NCBI GenBank assembly: GCA_900088475.1
Contig: FLMG01004035.1
Span: 1-64,000 of the forward strand
Direction of reading: 5' to 3'
Length of the DNA: 64,000 nucleotides
DNA from: Hyphochytrium catenoides
Lineage: Eukaryota; Protista; Hyphochytriomycota
Shown here: piece after piece, positions 52,001-64,000 of the stretch
Layout: every line of letters begins with the position of its first letter
Numbering within the stretch: the first letter of the stretch is position 1
The notes under the pieces: model-generated
The model's database searches: none
Seen by the model: only the letters and a program-made list of their open reading frames with translations
What the model was told of the DNA's origin: nothing
Program-made: the position numbers and the translations under genes

Positions 52001-54156
52001 CTTGCTCCTGCAGTCAGCCGTTCACCGACAGGATCGGCCACAATTCTTTTGCCTTTTATTGAACCATTGCTCTGTCCCCCTACGATGGTGTCTGGATTGT
52101 TAAGGCAACCGGCCCTTCCGTGCTATAACTCACCTGCTACCAATAGGGGTCCCTATTATCTATGAAATATCTAGCTCAGGACTCAGTTGGAATGCCGGTA
52201 TGAAGCTGCTCAAGTTCTCTCGAGTGGTTCGTCTGCTGAGGGTAAGTACAAAGAGTATGAGCATCATGTTGAGAACTCGAAGCTGAACCTTGACTGTTTC
52301 GTATCTCAGCGGTTTTCAGACTGGGAAATTCTCAGCCGAACCTTTTCAGTGATCTCGGGCAGGCTCTTTATCCCGGTGAGTTAGTGCCAGAGCTCTAATA
52401 AGACGACGGCTCTATGCTTATCTCGCTGTTGGTTTCTTGCTCTGTGATCCTCCGCTGTTTTGCAGGTCACCTTTCTCTCCATCTTTATCTTTATTGGTGG
52501 CTATGTGGAGTTCCAGTTAGAACAGGGTCATGACTGCTTCTACTATGCTGAGAACCCGCTGTGCTTTGACAGAGCTACGAACCTTACGGTAAGTAGAGAA
52601 ACAGATAGAGAAGAGGCATTCAGACGCTGTGACAGATTAGCTTAACGGCTTGATCCCTGAGCCTTATGTGGACCCAATAAGCTGTCCGCGACGCATCTGG
52701 ATCCTCCACCCCATCTTCGTCTCTCGATTGGCAAACTAATCTTAGCTGCTTGTAGCTAACTCCCTGCTAACGCACTCGTAGGCTAACCTCACAGCCCTAC
52801 TGACGGCTGCCGGGGTCGAGATGGTGGAAGGGCGGCGCTATCTTATTAATATGTTTGGGAATCCTTCTCTTATTAAGGATGTAGCCATAGGAAGTTGGTT
52901 CAGTGCATTCACGTAAGTGGAGAGCAGAGGAGAGAATTGCATGAAAGGGACGGACGGGGCGACGGGGCTCTTACCCTTCGGAACGAACTCTAGTTTCCCG
53001 CATCGAGAGAACGTCTGCTGCTGGTTGTCCTCTGGTACCATTTTTTGCTCCAGCACCCAGCTCCCCTTTTCCTCGAAGGAGAACTGGCACTTTTCTGTTT
53101 TTCATTGTGCAGCTTCTCACATCTCCCCTCTTATTTACATTCTCAGTATGACCACTACTGGCTATGGCGATGTTTATCCTGTGACTCGGTTTGGTCGATT
53201 ATTTGCGGTCATCATGATGATTGGAGGCTCAGCGTGGAACTCAATGCCTCTCTCGCTCGTGGGCGGCGAGTTCTACTCCATCTACTCTGAAAAGGAAAGC
53301 CAAAGACGACTGCAGGTAAGTCGGAAGCCCTCTTCTCACTCTTGGTCACCTTTCCGCAGCCCTTCTAGCCCTGTGAAGCGCTGCGTCAACGTTTGAGGTA
53401 ACGCTCAGCATTGACTCCTCTGTTGCCCCCATCTCTCTTCTGGCTCCGGTCAAACAGGAGATGCGCAAAAATAGAAAGAGCCTTTGGTTAGACAACAAGA
53501 ACACTCGACTGTGGAACCAGTACGCGGAAACGCTAACGCTGCTGCAAACCATGGTCGCATTAGTAGAAGGTCTGCCCTCTTCCTCTCTCTCTGACGCAAT
53601 GGTGTCACCTAGGTCAATGTCCTTCAATACATCGTCATCTACCCTTACCTTTGAGGGTTCTTGTCTGCCTCAACCGTTATAGCCTATCGATGGCCTTGAT
53701 AGCTTATTAGCGCTGATCCTATATGTCATGACATTCTGACTTGCTCTGTCCTTTCTTGCAGAGATCCCGGATCAGAACAAGGCAAAAGGAGGAGGCCCTA
53801 AAAAGAAAGCGACAAAAGTGGAGCCCGAGGAGTTGAATGATCCGGACACTGTCTTTTTGAAGGAGGAGATCCTGAAAAAGCTTCATCATGTACAGGTAGG
53901 CAAAAGCAGAGAGAGGAAGGGAACAGACGGCCTAGCGGGAAAGAGGCAAGTTCACACCTTCAGGGGATAAGGGTGTTCAACATAGTGAACAATATGAGTG
54001 AAGAGCGACCGAAGTGAAACGAGTCTGTAAGGGGTCATCATGGCCTCTTTGATTCCTGACGTTACCCTCTGTTTGGCCTCTCTTCAGCTCTTGCACATGA
54101 AGATTATAAAGATTATGGCCATCGCCAAGCAGGAGGGTATCGTCTCAGACCTTTAA
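49040..54156 (+). CDS. Two-domain (2x6TM) voltage-gated potassium channel, ~1044 aa, 13 exons
   Basis: Exons 49040-50383, 50539-50840, 51029-51251, 51360-51539, 51727-51913, 52147-52241, 52310-52375, 52466-52588, 52782-52912, 53147-53315, 53458-53569, 53762-53895, 54088-54156 sum to 3135 nt in one frame, all GT-AG. Repeat I: S4 LLRIFRVLKVGRHF, pore VTMLTVGYGDIVP. Repeat II: S4 MKLLKFSRVVRLLRRF, pore FTMTTTGYGDVYP. Confidence 0.9.
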
Positions 54157-54686
54157 GACCCAGCTAGAGCAAAAAAACTGGCGATAGAGAAGGCCAAGGA
54201 CTGCTCAACCAACGGGACGGCAGGGGCAAGGATAGAGGAGGGATGTCCTCACGTGCTCATATCATCATAGAGAAGGAACCAAGGGTGGTGTCCAGTAATG
54301 GTTTCTAATAAAGTAATGGAGGTCTTGTGCCATATGTGGCAGTATCAAAGTAGTCCCTCTCTATCCTATTCCTTCTCTCACAATCTCCTTCTCTCCCTCT
54401 CCCATTTCTTACAGATTAAGCTCCTTCTCCCCCTTCTCTCGAGCATCAATAGTGCTGACCTAGATCCACTTTCTTTGCCTGAATCCAGGGGACTTTTCTC
54501 CGCCATATCCTACTTCTTCGTGGCTCGTTTCTCTTCTACATATCCATTACTAGCTTTGGCTCTCTTCTTATCGCCAGTGTTCCTATTTATGTATAAAGAG
54601 TACAATGTAAGAGATGAGGATCCTCGTGGACGCCATTTTCTATATACATCGGCTTTCTGAGGCCTACTTCCTTTAGTGGCTAGGAA

Positions 54687-57600
54687 TCACCCCATCTCGT
54701 TAAGGTGCAGAAGGACGTCCACTCTATCTGCCAGTTCGCTACATCCTTGGCGTTTACAGCGCTGCGCAGTAAGTAGCAGGCGCTGTCTCTTTTCCGCCGT
54801 AGCGAACTCCTCGGAGCCAAGAGTGAGCTCCATCTCTGTCAAGGCTGCCTCGATGATAAGACCCCCGGCCTTACTGCTTGCCAGCCCTTTCCTCCACTTC
54901 CGTAGTGCCCTTGACTTTCTTCCTGAGAAACATAGAAACAAGAAGCTCAGCACCACGATCTCCCACCGTCGCGCCTACATATTCGTCACCTCATTTTGAC
55001 AATTCTTCACCCTCATCAAAGAATTATTACCTTTTACCATATGGTAGATACCCTTCAGACGCTCATAGCAGCCGATGAAGTAAGGATAAACCTTGCAGTA
55101 TGCACGGAAAAGTGACAGGAACTATACAGATGAAGGCAGAAAGGTCGTCAGGCATCCATACAAGGAACGCTCCGATCACAGATGCGCGGGTAATTAGCAG
55201 ATGCAGCTTTAGGAGACGATGCAACCCTTGCCAGGAGTGAATGTAAACTTTATCAGATGGGCTCTGATCTCCAACCACTTCATCTTTCACTTTACCTCCT
55301 TGATCCAGTTAATAGCTTCCTTGAGATCCATTTCTTGATCCGAGTCAAGTGCAGGTTCTATTACGTCCTGAGGGGAATGACGCCGATACCCTGAAAGCCA
55401 ACTTGCGCTCTGTGGGGATTCGATTGGTGTAGTCAGGTTTGGCCATATTAGAGAATCAGTACTTCTGCGCCCGGCATAATCGATCGCTCTCCGCGAAGCT
55501 GCCTGTTCCCGTCCACAACCCGCTTCCTTTGCAAGCCAAGGATACCCTAATTTTTGTCTCAGACTCGGTCTAAGGGTCACTTCCTACCGTTAGCAGGGTT
55601 TCCAAAATGTGGATGAAGCCAAAAACAAGAGACAGCGAATAGAGTGAGGGAGGACACAGAAGTTCCTTCAAAATCCTACGAACTGAGTCATAGCGGGATA
55701 GACGTGGGAAGCGAAGGGAAAGCGCGAGCGTTCCCCAGCGGACCTCAGGAATAACCTCTACCATCCTGTCAGCAATCTAGACATCAAAGGATTAGGTCAG
55801 CATTGATTTCAGCACCGGAAGGAGAAATAAGCCAAGTGTACCAGCTGCAGGCATGTCATCTCTGCCGCCGCAGCCTCTCCGATGTCCTTGTAGTATGTTG
55901 CGTTCGCCAATCCCAGCTGTCCAATTCCCAGGACTACGATGCAACATCAAAACAGGCTAAGAGGAGTGACGGGAAAAGCTACATAAACTAAATAAGTCGT
56001 AGGAAGCAAGGGTTTAGGGATGATGAGCTACAATCGTGCAGGCAGGCAATGAGTGTAAGGCTGAAGAGAGGCCGAAAGGCAAAATTAGACAAACCAGTCG
56101 CATCATTTCTGATGGAGGCGGAGATAATGGCCTCAAGGTAGCAGGTCCTGCTCTTCTCAGGGAAGCCCTTCATGCAATTAGCGAGCGAGAGTCACGTTGA
56201 GCCCTGACCAAGCCCATCACCCTACTCTTTTGGTGTTGCCCTCCCCATTGCTCTCACCGTATCTTTTGGTGCTCTCATTCTTTCCATATGTCATCGACAT
56301 CCCCTCCAACATACCTGTAGCAAGTAAAGACAGCCCAGTTGAAGCTTCATTCTCTCGACGTTTTGCAGTTTTCCTTGCGCCTCGTATAGGCTGGTCATAC
56401 TCAATGCCTCATCAATCAAATCTGTGAAGAGCGCGAGTTATCTTGGGCATTCTCATACCAATGGAAGTACCTATCGGTTCTGAGCCCAATGGTCTGCCCA
56501 CATTGACCTGTGTTAGGTTTCCTCCTTATTTGCTCCTCTTCTTTTCACGCTGTCTAGCCCATGTTAGCATGTACGCTATATTTGGAAACTTACATTGTAG
56601 CCCTGAAGTTTCTCCGTCACTCGGGCCTATAAGGAAGTGCTGTTGAAGCTGACACTCGGCTATATCTATTGGGAGATGCCCGCTTGTTGTTTGGTTCTGT
56701 ACTCCTTCCTTGGTCGACCCATGGTCGTCTTTGTGTGGCGTCGGTACGTCTGGCACATCGTTCAAATCGGCATATGATGGAGGAAAATATAAAGCTCGTA
56801 GCTTGCGGGCAGTGTCAATGCTCTTTTCTGCGGACTTGTAATCTTTTAGAATGATCGTGGAAAAGAAGGAGAGAAGAACGTAGCCCTCAGAAAGAACATT
56901 GGGGAGGATTAAACCCCTTCCATCTCCTCCTGAAGTATGCTTGACTCGGCCAAGTGCAAAGACTGTGGCCTGCAGGCCAGCCCTAAACTGTATGTGGACA
57001 AACAAGCAAGTGCTTTGATCAGTGGAAGCTATCTTCTTCCATCAGATCGCGTGTGACAAGGACAAACAACGAGGGTCCTTGGTCAAGAAAATGTAAAAGC
57101 AAATTTGTTACCTCTCTCTGCAGACAGAAGATTCTGGCAAGTCCAACAGCACTCTCAACGACCAGGGGCTGTGCCCATGACGAAAGGAACGGTTCAGAAT
57201 AGGAGGGTCTCCGAGCGCAGTAGCTGGGAAAATGTCGAGCCAATTTGGACACCTGTTGTGGTTAAGATATAAAACTTAAGGGTCAGAAGCCTAGATCGCC
57301 AGAAGCGTGCCCAGTACCGAGTGAGCCAATTTGGTGGTGTGCAGGAAACTGGGCTTGTCTGAAGGAAACACCCCATGGAGACTCCTCTCTACCTCTTCCA
57401 GGGTGACAATGGTACCTATGTCTGGAAGTTACTGTGAGTAGATGCTCAAAGGATCGTGTGCTAAGCAGGGTCAGATTATGGGATGGGTTCTATCTATCTT
57501 CTTCTATCTTCGCCCAGACTTATTAGCTCTCACTGTCGTCACCTGCTTCGCATGCATCCCGCTGCAGGCATCTCTCAGACAAGATCAGCACCCTTACGAA

Positions 57601-60600
57601 ACACACGAAAGCCATATACATCCGGCTCGTTTCGAGGCATGCTCTGCCTTGCCTTAGAGACAGTTCAGCAATCCAGCGATATTTGGAAAGGGACATGATG
57701 GACTGCAATGTACGAGAGGGGAACAAGGTTGAGCTCAGGACCTAGTAGCCGTAGGTCAAGGATTAGGTTACATGACAATGAGGAACAACCGAAACAAGCG
57801 GATTAAGAGATCGAAAAGAGAGTTTGCTAGAACAGGAACTACGAACTAAAGAACGCCGGGAGAAAAATAAGACTCACCTGCGTCGCATGGGAATGTTCCG
57901 GCAAGCCTCCCTAGTGATTAGAAGGTGTCGGAGAGAAAGGAAATGAAATGAGACGTCAAGTGGGGAAAGCATATGTACACATAGAGAATTGCTGCAATAT
58001 TATAGATTCAGCGAAGGACACTCCTCAGTATGGGCCTTAGCGGCGGAGGAAGAGGTGGATGTGACACTTGCCTGTGGTTTTAGGAAAACGGGCTCTCTTG
58101 CCAGTGAGGGACAAGCCGATAAAAATAGGCTGCTCTGGCACAAATGATAGTCTACTTGGGATATTAGCTGCATAGCGCCTGTCCACCCGCTCAGCGTCAG
58201 AATTAACCACGTGGACAGAGAGGATAATCAAAGATGACATCACAACGAAGTTTCAGCAGAAGACAAGAACGACACGCATGTATTGTTACTGTCCAAAGGG
58301 GGTTCAGTGAGTAGGGAGAAAGTTGACTTACTTCTATCGCAACATAGGGCCTTCTCTAGAAAGCGCATAACTTCTGAGGGGAGAGATTTGGACTCGCAAA
58401 GCCCAGCCGCTTCTTCGTATGTTTCTCCGGCCAGGTGTTCGACTTTTGCAGCTTTCAAATGGAGTCCCACCTTCTCATACAGATCGAGCACTTTGGATAA
58501 TCGTTCAGTGTTCCCATCTTTGTGCGTGCTTCCCACACCGTCGTCCTTATCGTTCTCTTGCTGGATGATATTTTTAAGGTACTTTCCCGCCTCGGCATGC
58601 CCTTCCTCCCGGATCTGGTGCAGGAGCATGGAGTAGGCGGCCTCTCTTACAAGCTGGTTTCTAAAGGAAAAGGTTTGGTCTGAACCTAGTGACAAATTTT
58701 TATAAAGGGACGACCGGTGTAAGTGGGTGACAAGATAAGAAAGTGTACGAGGTAAGGAATCCAGCCACATACCATCCTCATGTTGCAACAGAAAGCCTTT
58801 CTCAACTAAAGCAATTAGGTCCAAGTCCAAACTGGCAACAGAAGGGGTATTCCTTTCTGCGTCCCGCGATTCGGTGTCTGCTTGACAATGACGTTGCCCA
58901 GTAAGGCGCAGGAGTAGGTACCTGGCATAACGATATAGAAACTGAATAAGGGGTTCCAGATATGTGTCTAATATACAGCAAGTCCTACCTGAGCATGTCT
59001 CTCTTGATCTCTGAGACACCTATTATACTGGCTATCTGCCGATCGCAACTTAGTAAGCAAGCAGCACTCGTTTTCATAGGAACAATCTTTGTTAGAAAGA
59101 AAACAGATCTACGCGAACAGTAAGATAGGCAAAGAATAAAAACAAACGCTGAGAGCAAAGGTTCCTAGGGACCAATACAAAAGCTAGCTGCGCCTCTACC
59201 TTCAAGAGGTCCTGTTCGCTGTGCACTAATCGATCTATTCGACTGGCAAGGATGCCTTGAATACTATCTGGCAGAGGTAGCGACGAGAGGTTTTCTTTCA
59301 AGTCGACCTGGAGATCCTCGCCTTCATACACAAGGGGTTCATCGTCCACTGAGCATTCCATTCCTCTTTTAGCCCTTCTAGAGACAGAGAGAACATTCGA
59401 GTCCTGCAGTGCTCTTAGGAGTTCTTCTACGTACTGGGGGTTGCCCTCCGTTCTGCTGAATATAAGCTCCTGAAGAGGCGCGGGGATAGCTGTGGGCACC
59501 AACAGAACGACAGATTAAGCGCAGATCAAAGGACGCAGAGCATATATATCTGGAGGATGATAGCGCTTATCACAAAAAGGACTAAGATAGAGTTTGCAAG
59601 AAAGTTGTGGGACAGACGAGGTGTAAAGGGCGATTGTAACGTAACGAGAGAACTCCTGAGGGCGTTAGTCTGTCAAGTTGTCGCGCACCATCTGCTGTGA
59701 CGTTCAGTAAGTTTGCAATGAGCTCGGTTGTCTCTTCCAAGTTTAGAGCCTTGAGCTCCAGGTGTAATAACGGTTGGGACGCATGCAGCTTCGCCAGCTC
59801 TGGCTCAAAAACCAGTTTCCTGTGAGCATTAAGGAACATCAAGGGGGAGAGTGCACGAAGATATCAAAGGGATATCCCACGACTGATGCTAAATAGTACC
59901 AGATAGAGACAAAGACCACAGGAGAGGTTCAGATAATATGGGGCCTATGGAGTAAGCTCTTGTTACCTGAATGGAGACTGATCTGATGCCTCCAAGGGCC
60001 GGCTGGATAGCAGGAGTAGAAGTTGCCCGCTGCCCACTTGGACCCAGCGGGTTATTTGCTGCGGTCAGGCCGTACTAGATTCAGACGACCTCATCTTCTC
60101 TGAATGGGTGCCGTGTTTTTCTCTATATCGTTAGATCTCCTTTCTGGTGTTACCCCATTCTTTACAGGCCTGTTGCTGCCCACCTGTGCATAACCCACGC
60201 CAAATTTCTATACTTTACGACTGTCTGACCTGTACTAGACTCCAAGACTCATGGTCCATCCACTGCAAATCTTCTATGACAAGCAGCATCCCTTGCTCCT
60301 CTTTGCTCAACGTCTGCATGAGATTCAGCACCAAATCGCGGAGAAGTCTAGCTAGGGCAGCCTTCCTATCAGTAGAGATGGTGGTCAAGCGATAGCCGGT
60401 CCTGCCTCTTTTCACAGTTCAATTTTGTTGCCAGTGTCGTTCTGCCTCGGAAATTGGCATGCTAGTCCTCCTACATAGCTCTCCCCTCATTAACACCACA
60501 AAAGCACCTCACCGCTCCTATATGCCTATTGATGCTTACCTGGCCTCTCCAAAGAAGTTGCATTCCACAACATCTATGCCTGCTGCCTGTAGACACCCTG

Positions 60601-63600
60601 CACCGTGCATGAATGATATCAGGGTAGTTATTCCACCAGACCTAAATCCTGTCAACCCCCGGTGATTGGAGCCTTGAGGTTAGACTCATATCTTTACCTG
60701 GGAGAACATCTTCAAGCAATGGGAGAAGCTCCCTGGCACCCTGATGTTCCGTCACAAGACACGTTGGGGGTAGCGAGGCAACCGTAGCCCTCCAACCGTC
60801 GGAGTTCCGCCTACCCAACTCCGGGCTATTGGCCCGGCTGACACCAATATCTTCTCCTTTCCAGTGTACTACGAGGTAATGGCAGAGCAGGCTTCAGAAC
60901 GTTGCTAGAGGGTTATGAGCAGCCGCAATCAGTGAAGGCCAGAAGGAATTACCTGGGTAGGATACAATCCGCCTGTGGGATGGCGCCGACTTTCTAAATG
61001 GCGAAAGGAAATATCAGGGGCTTGATACAGAGCGATGGGAAACGAATAAAGTGGTCGAGTTTGTTTTTAGTAAAAAGGTAGCTGGACGGAATTGCAGCAC
61101 GACGACTTAGAGTCATAGCACTGACTCAGGAAAGTCACTAAGAAAGAGCTCCGTACAGCATAAAGATGGCGGAGATCGAGAAGACCAGGATACCCATTCC
61201 AGACGGCAGTTAGCCTTGCTTCTGTTGAGGTCCTCCACCTCGAAGACACCCTCGCGTCCAAGCAAGTCAAGTAGGAGCTCCGGGCTAGTCGCCCTTATTA
61301 GCAGTGGGAGCAGAGCACGATATGGAGAGAACCGTATCGTGTATTCTGCTGCACAGACACAGGGAGTTATTGTGCCAGGATATCTTTGAAGAGAGAGGGC
61401 ATCAATTAGGTTGACAGTACGAGTGCATCTCAAACTCTCATTGAGCTTCTTCTATTGGATGTTTGAAAGGCAAGATCTAAGAAGCAAAAACGAGACAACT
61501 CTCCGCTGCCATCTGAGAGATCAATAGCGGTCTAGGCACATTGATGACGGACCCTTGAAGTAGAAGAGATACTTCATACCTTTCCCCAGCAATTTTGACG
61601 ACCTCTTGGAGGCATCTGCTCTTTCCCATCCCAAGAGATCCCGATAGCAAAACAACATTTCCTCTGTTCGCCTGGGACAGAGACTCTAGGCGGGTTTCGA
61701 GAGCTATGAGCACCTTTTGATGGCCAACCATATGGACTCCCCTTTTGAGAGGCGACGTCAGGATTGAGCTCCTCTTGCCCAAATGACCCTGAAACCAGAC
61801 AGAAGTCAGATTACAGGTAGGAGTCTATTGCTGAGACTGGATAACAACCAGAGATGTGAAGATAAAAGGTGGACCACAAAGGGATTCTTGAGCTGCAAGG
61901 GCCATATAGAGCTTGATAAAATGATAAACCAAAAGGTATAAGAAATGAAGAAAGAAAAACCAACGCAGATGAAGAGGGGAATGAGTCATCAAGGCGGTAC
62001 TATGTGGCTGTTCGACATCTGACCGTCTTTCTCTCTTCTATAGGGGCAAAGACAAAGACCTCTTCTGCCTTCCCTTTCAACCTATGTGATAGTATGAAAA
62101 GCAGAGTGTCGGTAGAGCAAGTGTAAATGAGACACTATAGAAGATGGATGCTCCTTATGTGAGTGCAGTATTCAACCCGACGTAGAAGATAAGGGGAGAT
62201 AGGTCGGCGCGTCAAGAAGGCTAAGTGATACTGCCGGCAATTGGTAAAGAGGGACGAGTGGACTAACAAAAACGAAGGCAGGAGCTGCTAACTGGTTGAG
62301 GTCTTGGTCCTGCATAGACTTAACTGACGAATTCAAAACTGCAGTGGGGAAAATAGCTCCTTAGAGTCAACTGCTCTGGAGCACGCGAGACATAGTGACG
62401 AGTAGGACCGTACCTTGCCGCAGGCATACTTTAAACTTAATTTTGGCATGCGATTCTCTGTAGGTCTCTTTGTCCACGAGAATATGTATTCTCTGGGAAC
62501 TAGCCACGTTCTGGTCGTTTTCAGCCAGGCTACGGTTGTTCTGTAATCTTCCCAGCTTACATGCCTCTCCCATGAGTCTTGCCGCCAGGTTAACGCTATC
62601 TCCAATCACTGCGTACTCGCACCTCCGTCTGCTTCCTACTACTCCAGCGTACACTCTCCCGGTGGCAATTCCTACCTTGCAAGGGACTGAACGCAAGGAT
62701 AGTTCGTGTACCAAGCGCATTGCACACCTGGGGATTGTGGGTGAGTGAGAAAAGATAGGCTGCAGGGAATAGCCGAAGCCATGGTCAAGCCTTGGAGGGA
62801 ACCAGTAAGGCAGTCGATCAAAGAAAGAGCACATGCCAATGTAAGGTCCAAAGTACCCATAGATGGAGGGGTCTGCCTTAAGTGACCGGGAATTGGCATA
62901 AATAGGCGCGAAAGGACCTTGTAGCCAGGACGGCATCGTTTTCGTGGGCCAATGGGTAAAGTCCAAACACTGCAATCATTACTGTTCCTTTATCATCCAT
63001 AAGGAACTGACGCATAGAACCTTCATATAGGTAGAGGACTTCCTGCATGATCTGTAACGATGTCTGCACCAGTTGGAGATCAAAGCATGGGAGCAAGAGG
63101 ACAGGCCGTTAACAGGGAGATAAAGAGATCAGAGGAGCCTATGCTGTGTTGAAAATCGAGTACTAGCACCGCCGTGACAGAAGCAAGACAAGACTGCCTT
63201 TGACTAGTAATACCTGCAAAGTATGGAGTATCTCGTCATCTTTTCTTGAGTAGTCGACATCTGAGAGGTTGATAAAGAGAATTGTGGTCCGTCGAAGCTC
63301 CCCCACGGTCCTTCTTTCCCACTCCTCTTCTCTAACCCCTTCACGTACCGAGCCAGGAAGATATCTGGGTACCCAGATAGAGTTGAAGTGGAAACACATT
63401 TGCAGTGAACAGAGTAGGGAGCCAAGGTATGGGGAACGGCGTTAAGGTGGAGTCGGGAAGCAAGGAATGAGAGATGGCCTTTTACCTGAGAAGCACTTGA
63501 CAGACATCCATGCTGAAGAGACTTGTGCTGTTTCACAAACGAATCCGAATGCAGCAGATTAGACGGCAGAGCTGCTCCAGAATATGAAAATCAAGGTCTA

Positions 63601-64000
63601 GGGGAGTGGCGTAGAACAAGTCGCGGGACCCGAGTTTAAATCGGGAAGGTCGCAAGGCTTAATGTTCTCACGGGCACTTGAGGATAACATGAACCGAATC
63701 GATGCTTTTTGAAATCATATTGATCGGAAGACATACCTAGTCTGCCTTTGGCTCTCTGCCCACCTGGCCCATCTCCATTGCGAAGGCAACAGCTGAAGCC
63801 GCTCTTTGAGCCCACATACTCGAACCACACCTCCGTATCGTCTAGGCATCTCGGCATGGCAGCGTGAGGAGATTAGAGCCCAGGTCTACATTCCATAAAC
63901 AAGAGTCAAAATAACTGACAGTCAAAGCAGCCTTGTCGGTCAGAGTGAAGAGCGTGATCTGCATGCTCATAGGCCAATGTATATACGCTCCAGATAAGGC
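54687..64000 (-). CDS. Soluble adenylyl cyclase (ADCY10/sAC-like): class III cyclase domain, STAND P-loop NTPase and helical repeats; 5' part beyond the window
   Basis: Cyclase: GELRRTTILFINL, YEGSMRQFLMDDKGTVMIAVFG..AHENDA, VGIATGRVYAGVVGSRRRCEYAVIGDSVNLAARLM. NTPase: Walker A LSGSLGMGKS, Walker B LLVIEDLQWMD, RTEGNPQYVEEL, LPDSIQGILASRIDRL, FSFRNQLVREAAYSML. Confidence 0.9.

Noticed and set aside
49040-64000. K+ channel-adenylyl cyclase fusion like that of ciliates and apicomplexans
   Set aside because: The genes are on opposite strands, tail-to-tail about 530 bp apart, each with its own stop. Adjacency alone is not evidence of function.

Overview
Gene-dense, intron-rich eukaryotic (protist) nuclear DNA: about 50% GC, short GT-AG introns, (CT/GA)n microsatellites, four N gaps, standard genetic code. 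A stramenopile origin is plausible (RxLQ propeptide, PTxAPT stalks) but not proven. Hand-splicing supports about 14 genes: JmjC+PHD histone demethylase, IMPACT/UPF0029 protein, bacterial-type lipase, mucin-like single-pass membrane protein, F-box/LRR protein, PLAC8 protein, GLTSCR1/BICRA-domain protein, mitochondrial L35, multipass membrane protein with two PDZ domains, Tyr/Glu-repeat GPI protein, HIT hydrolase, possible ATRIP-like protein, a two-domain (2x6TM) voltage-gated K+ channel, and the 3' part of a soluble adenylyl cyclase/STAND NTPase. A decayed MULE-like transposase lies at about 17.1-18.1 kb. The most unusual element is the ~1044-aa tandem Kv channel. It has two different selectivity filters (TVGYG and TTGYG), an 8-Cys extracellular insert in repeat II only, and an intronless first repeat. 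No tRNA, rRNA or CRISPR features were seen. Exon boundaries are manual predictions and family calls come from motif recognition, not database searches.
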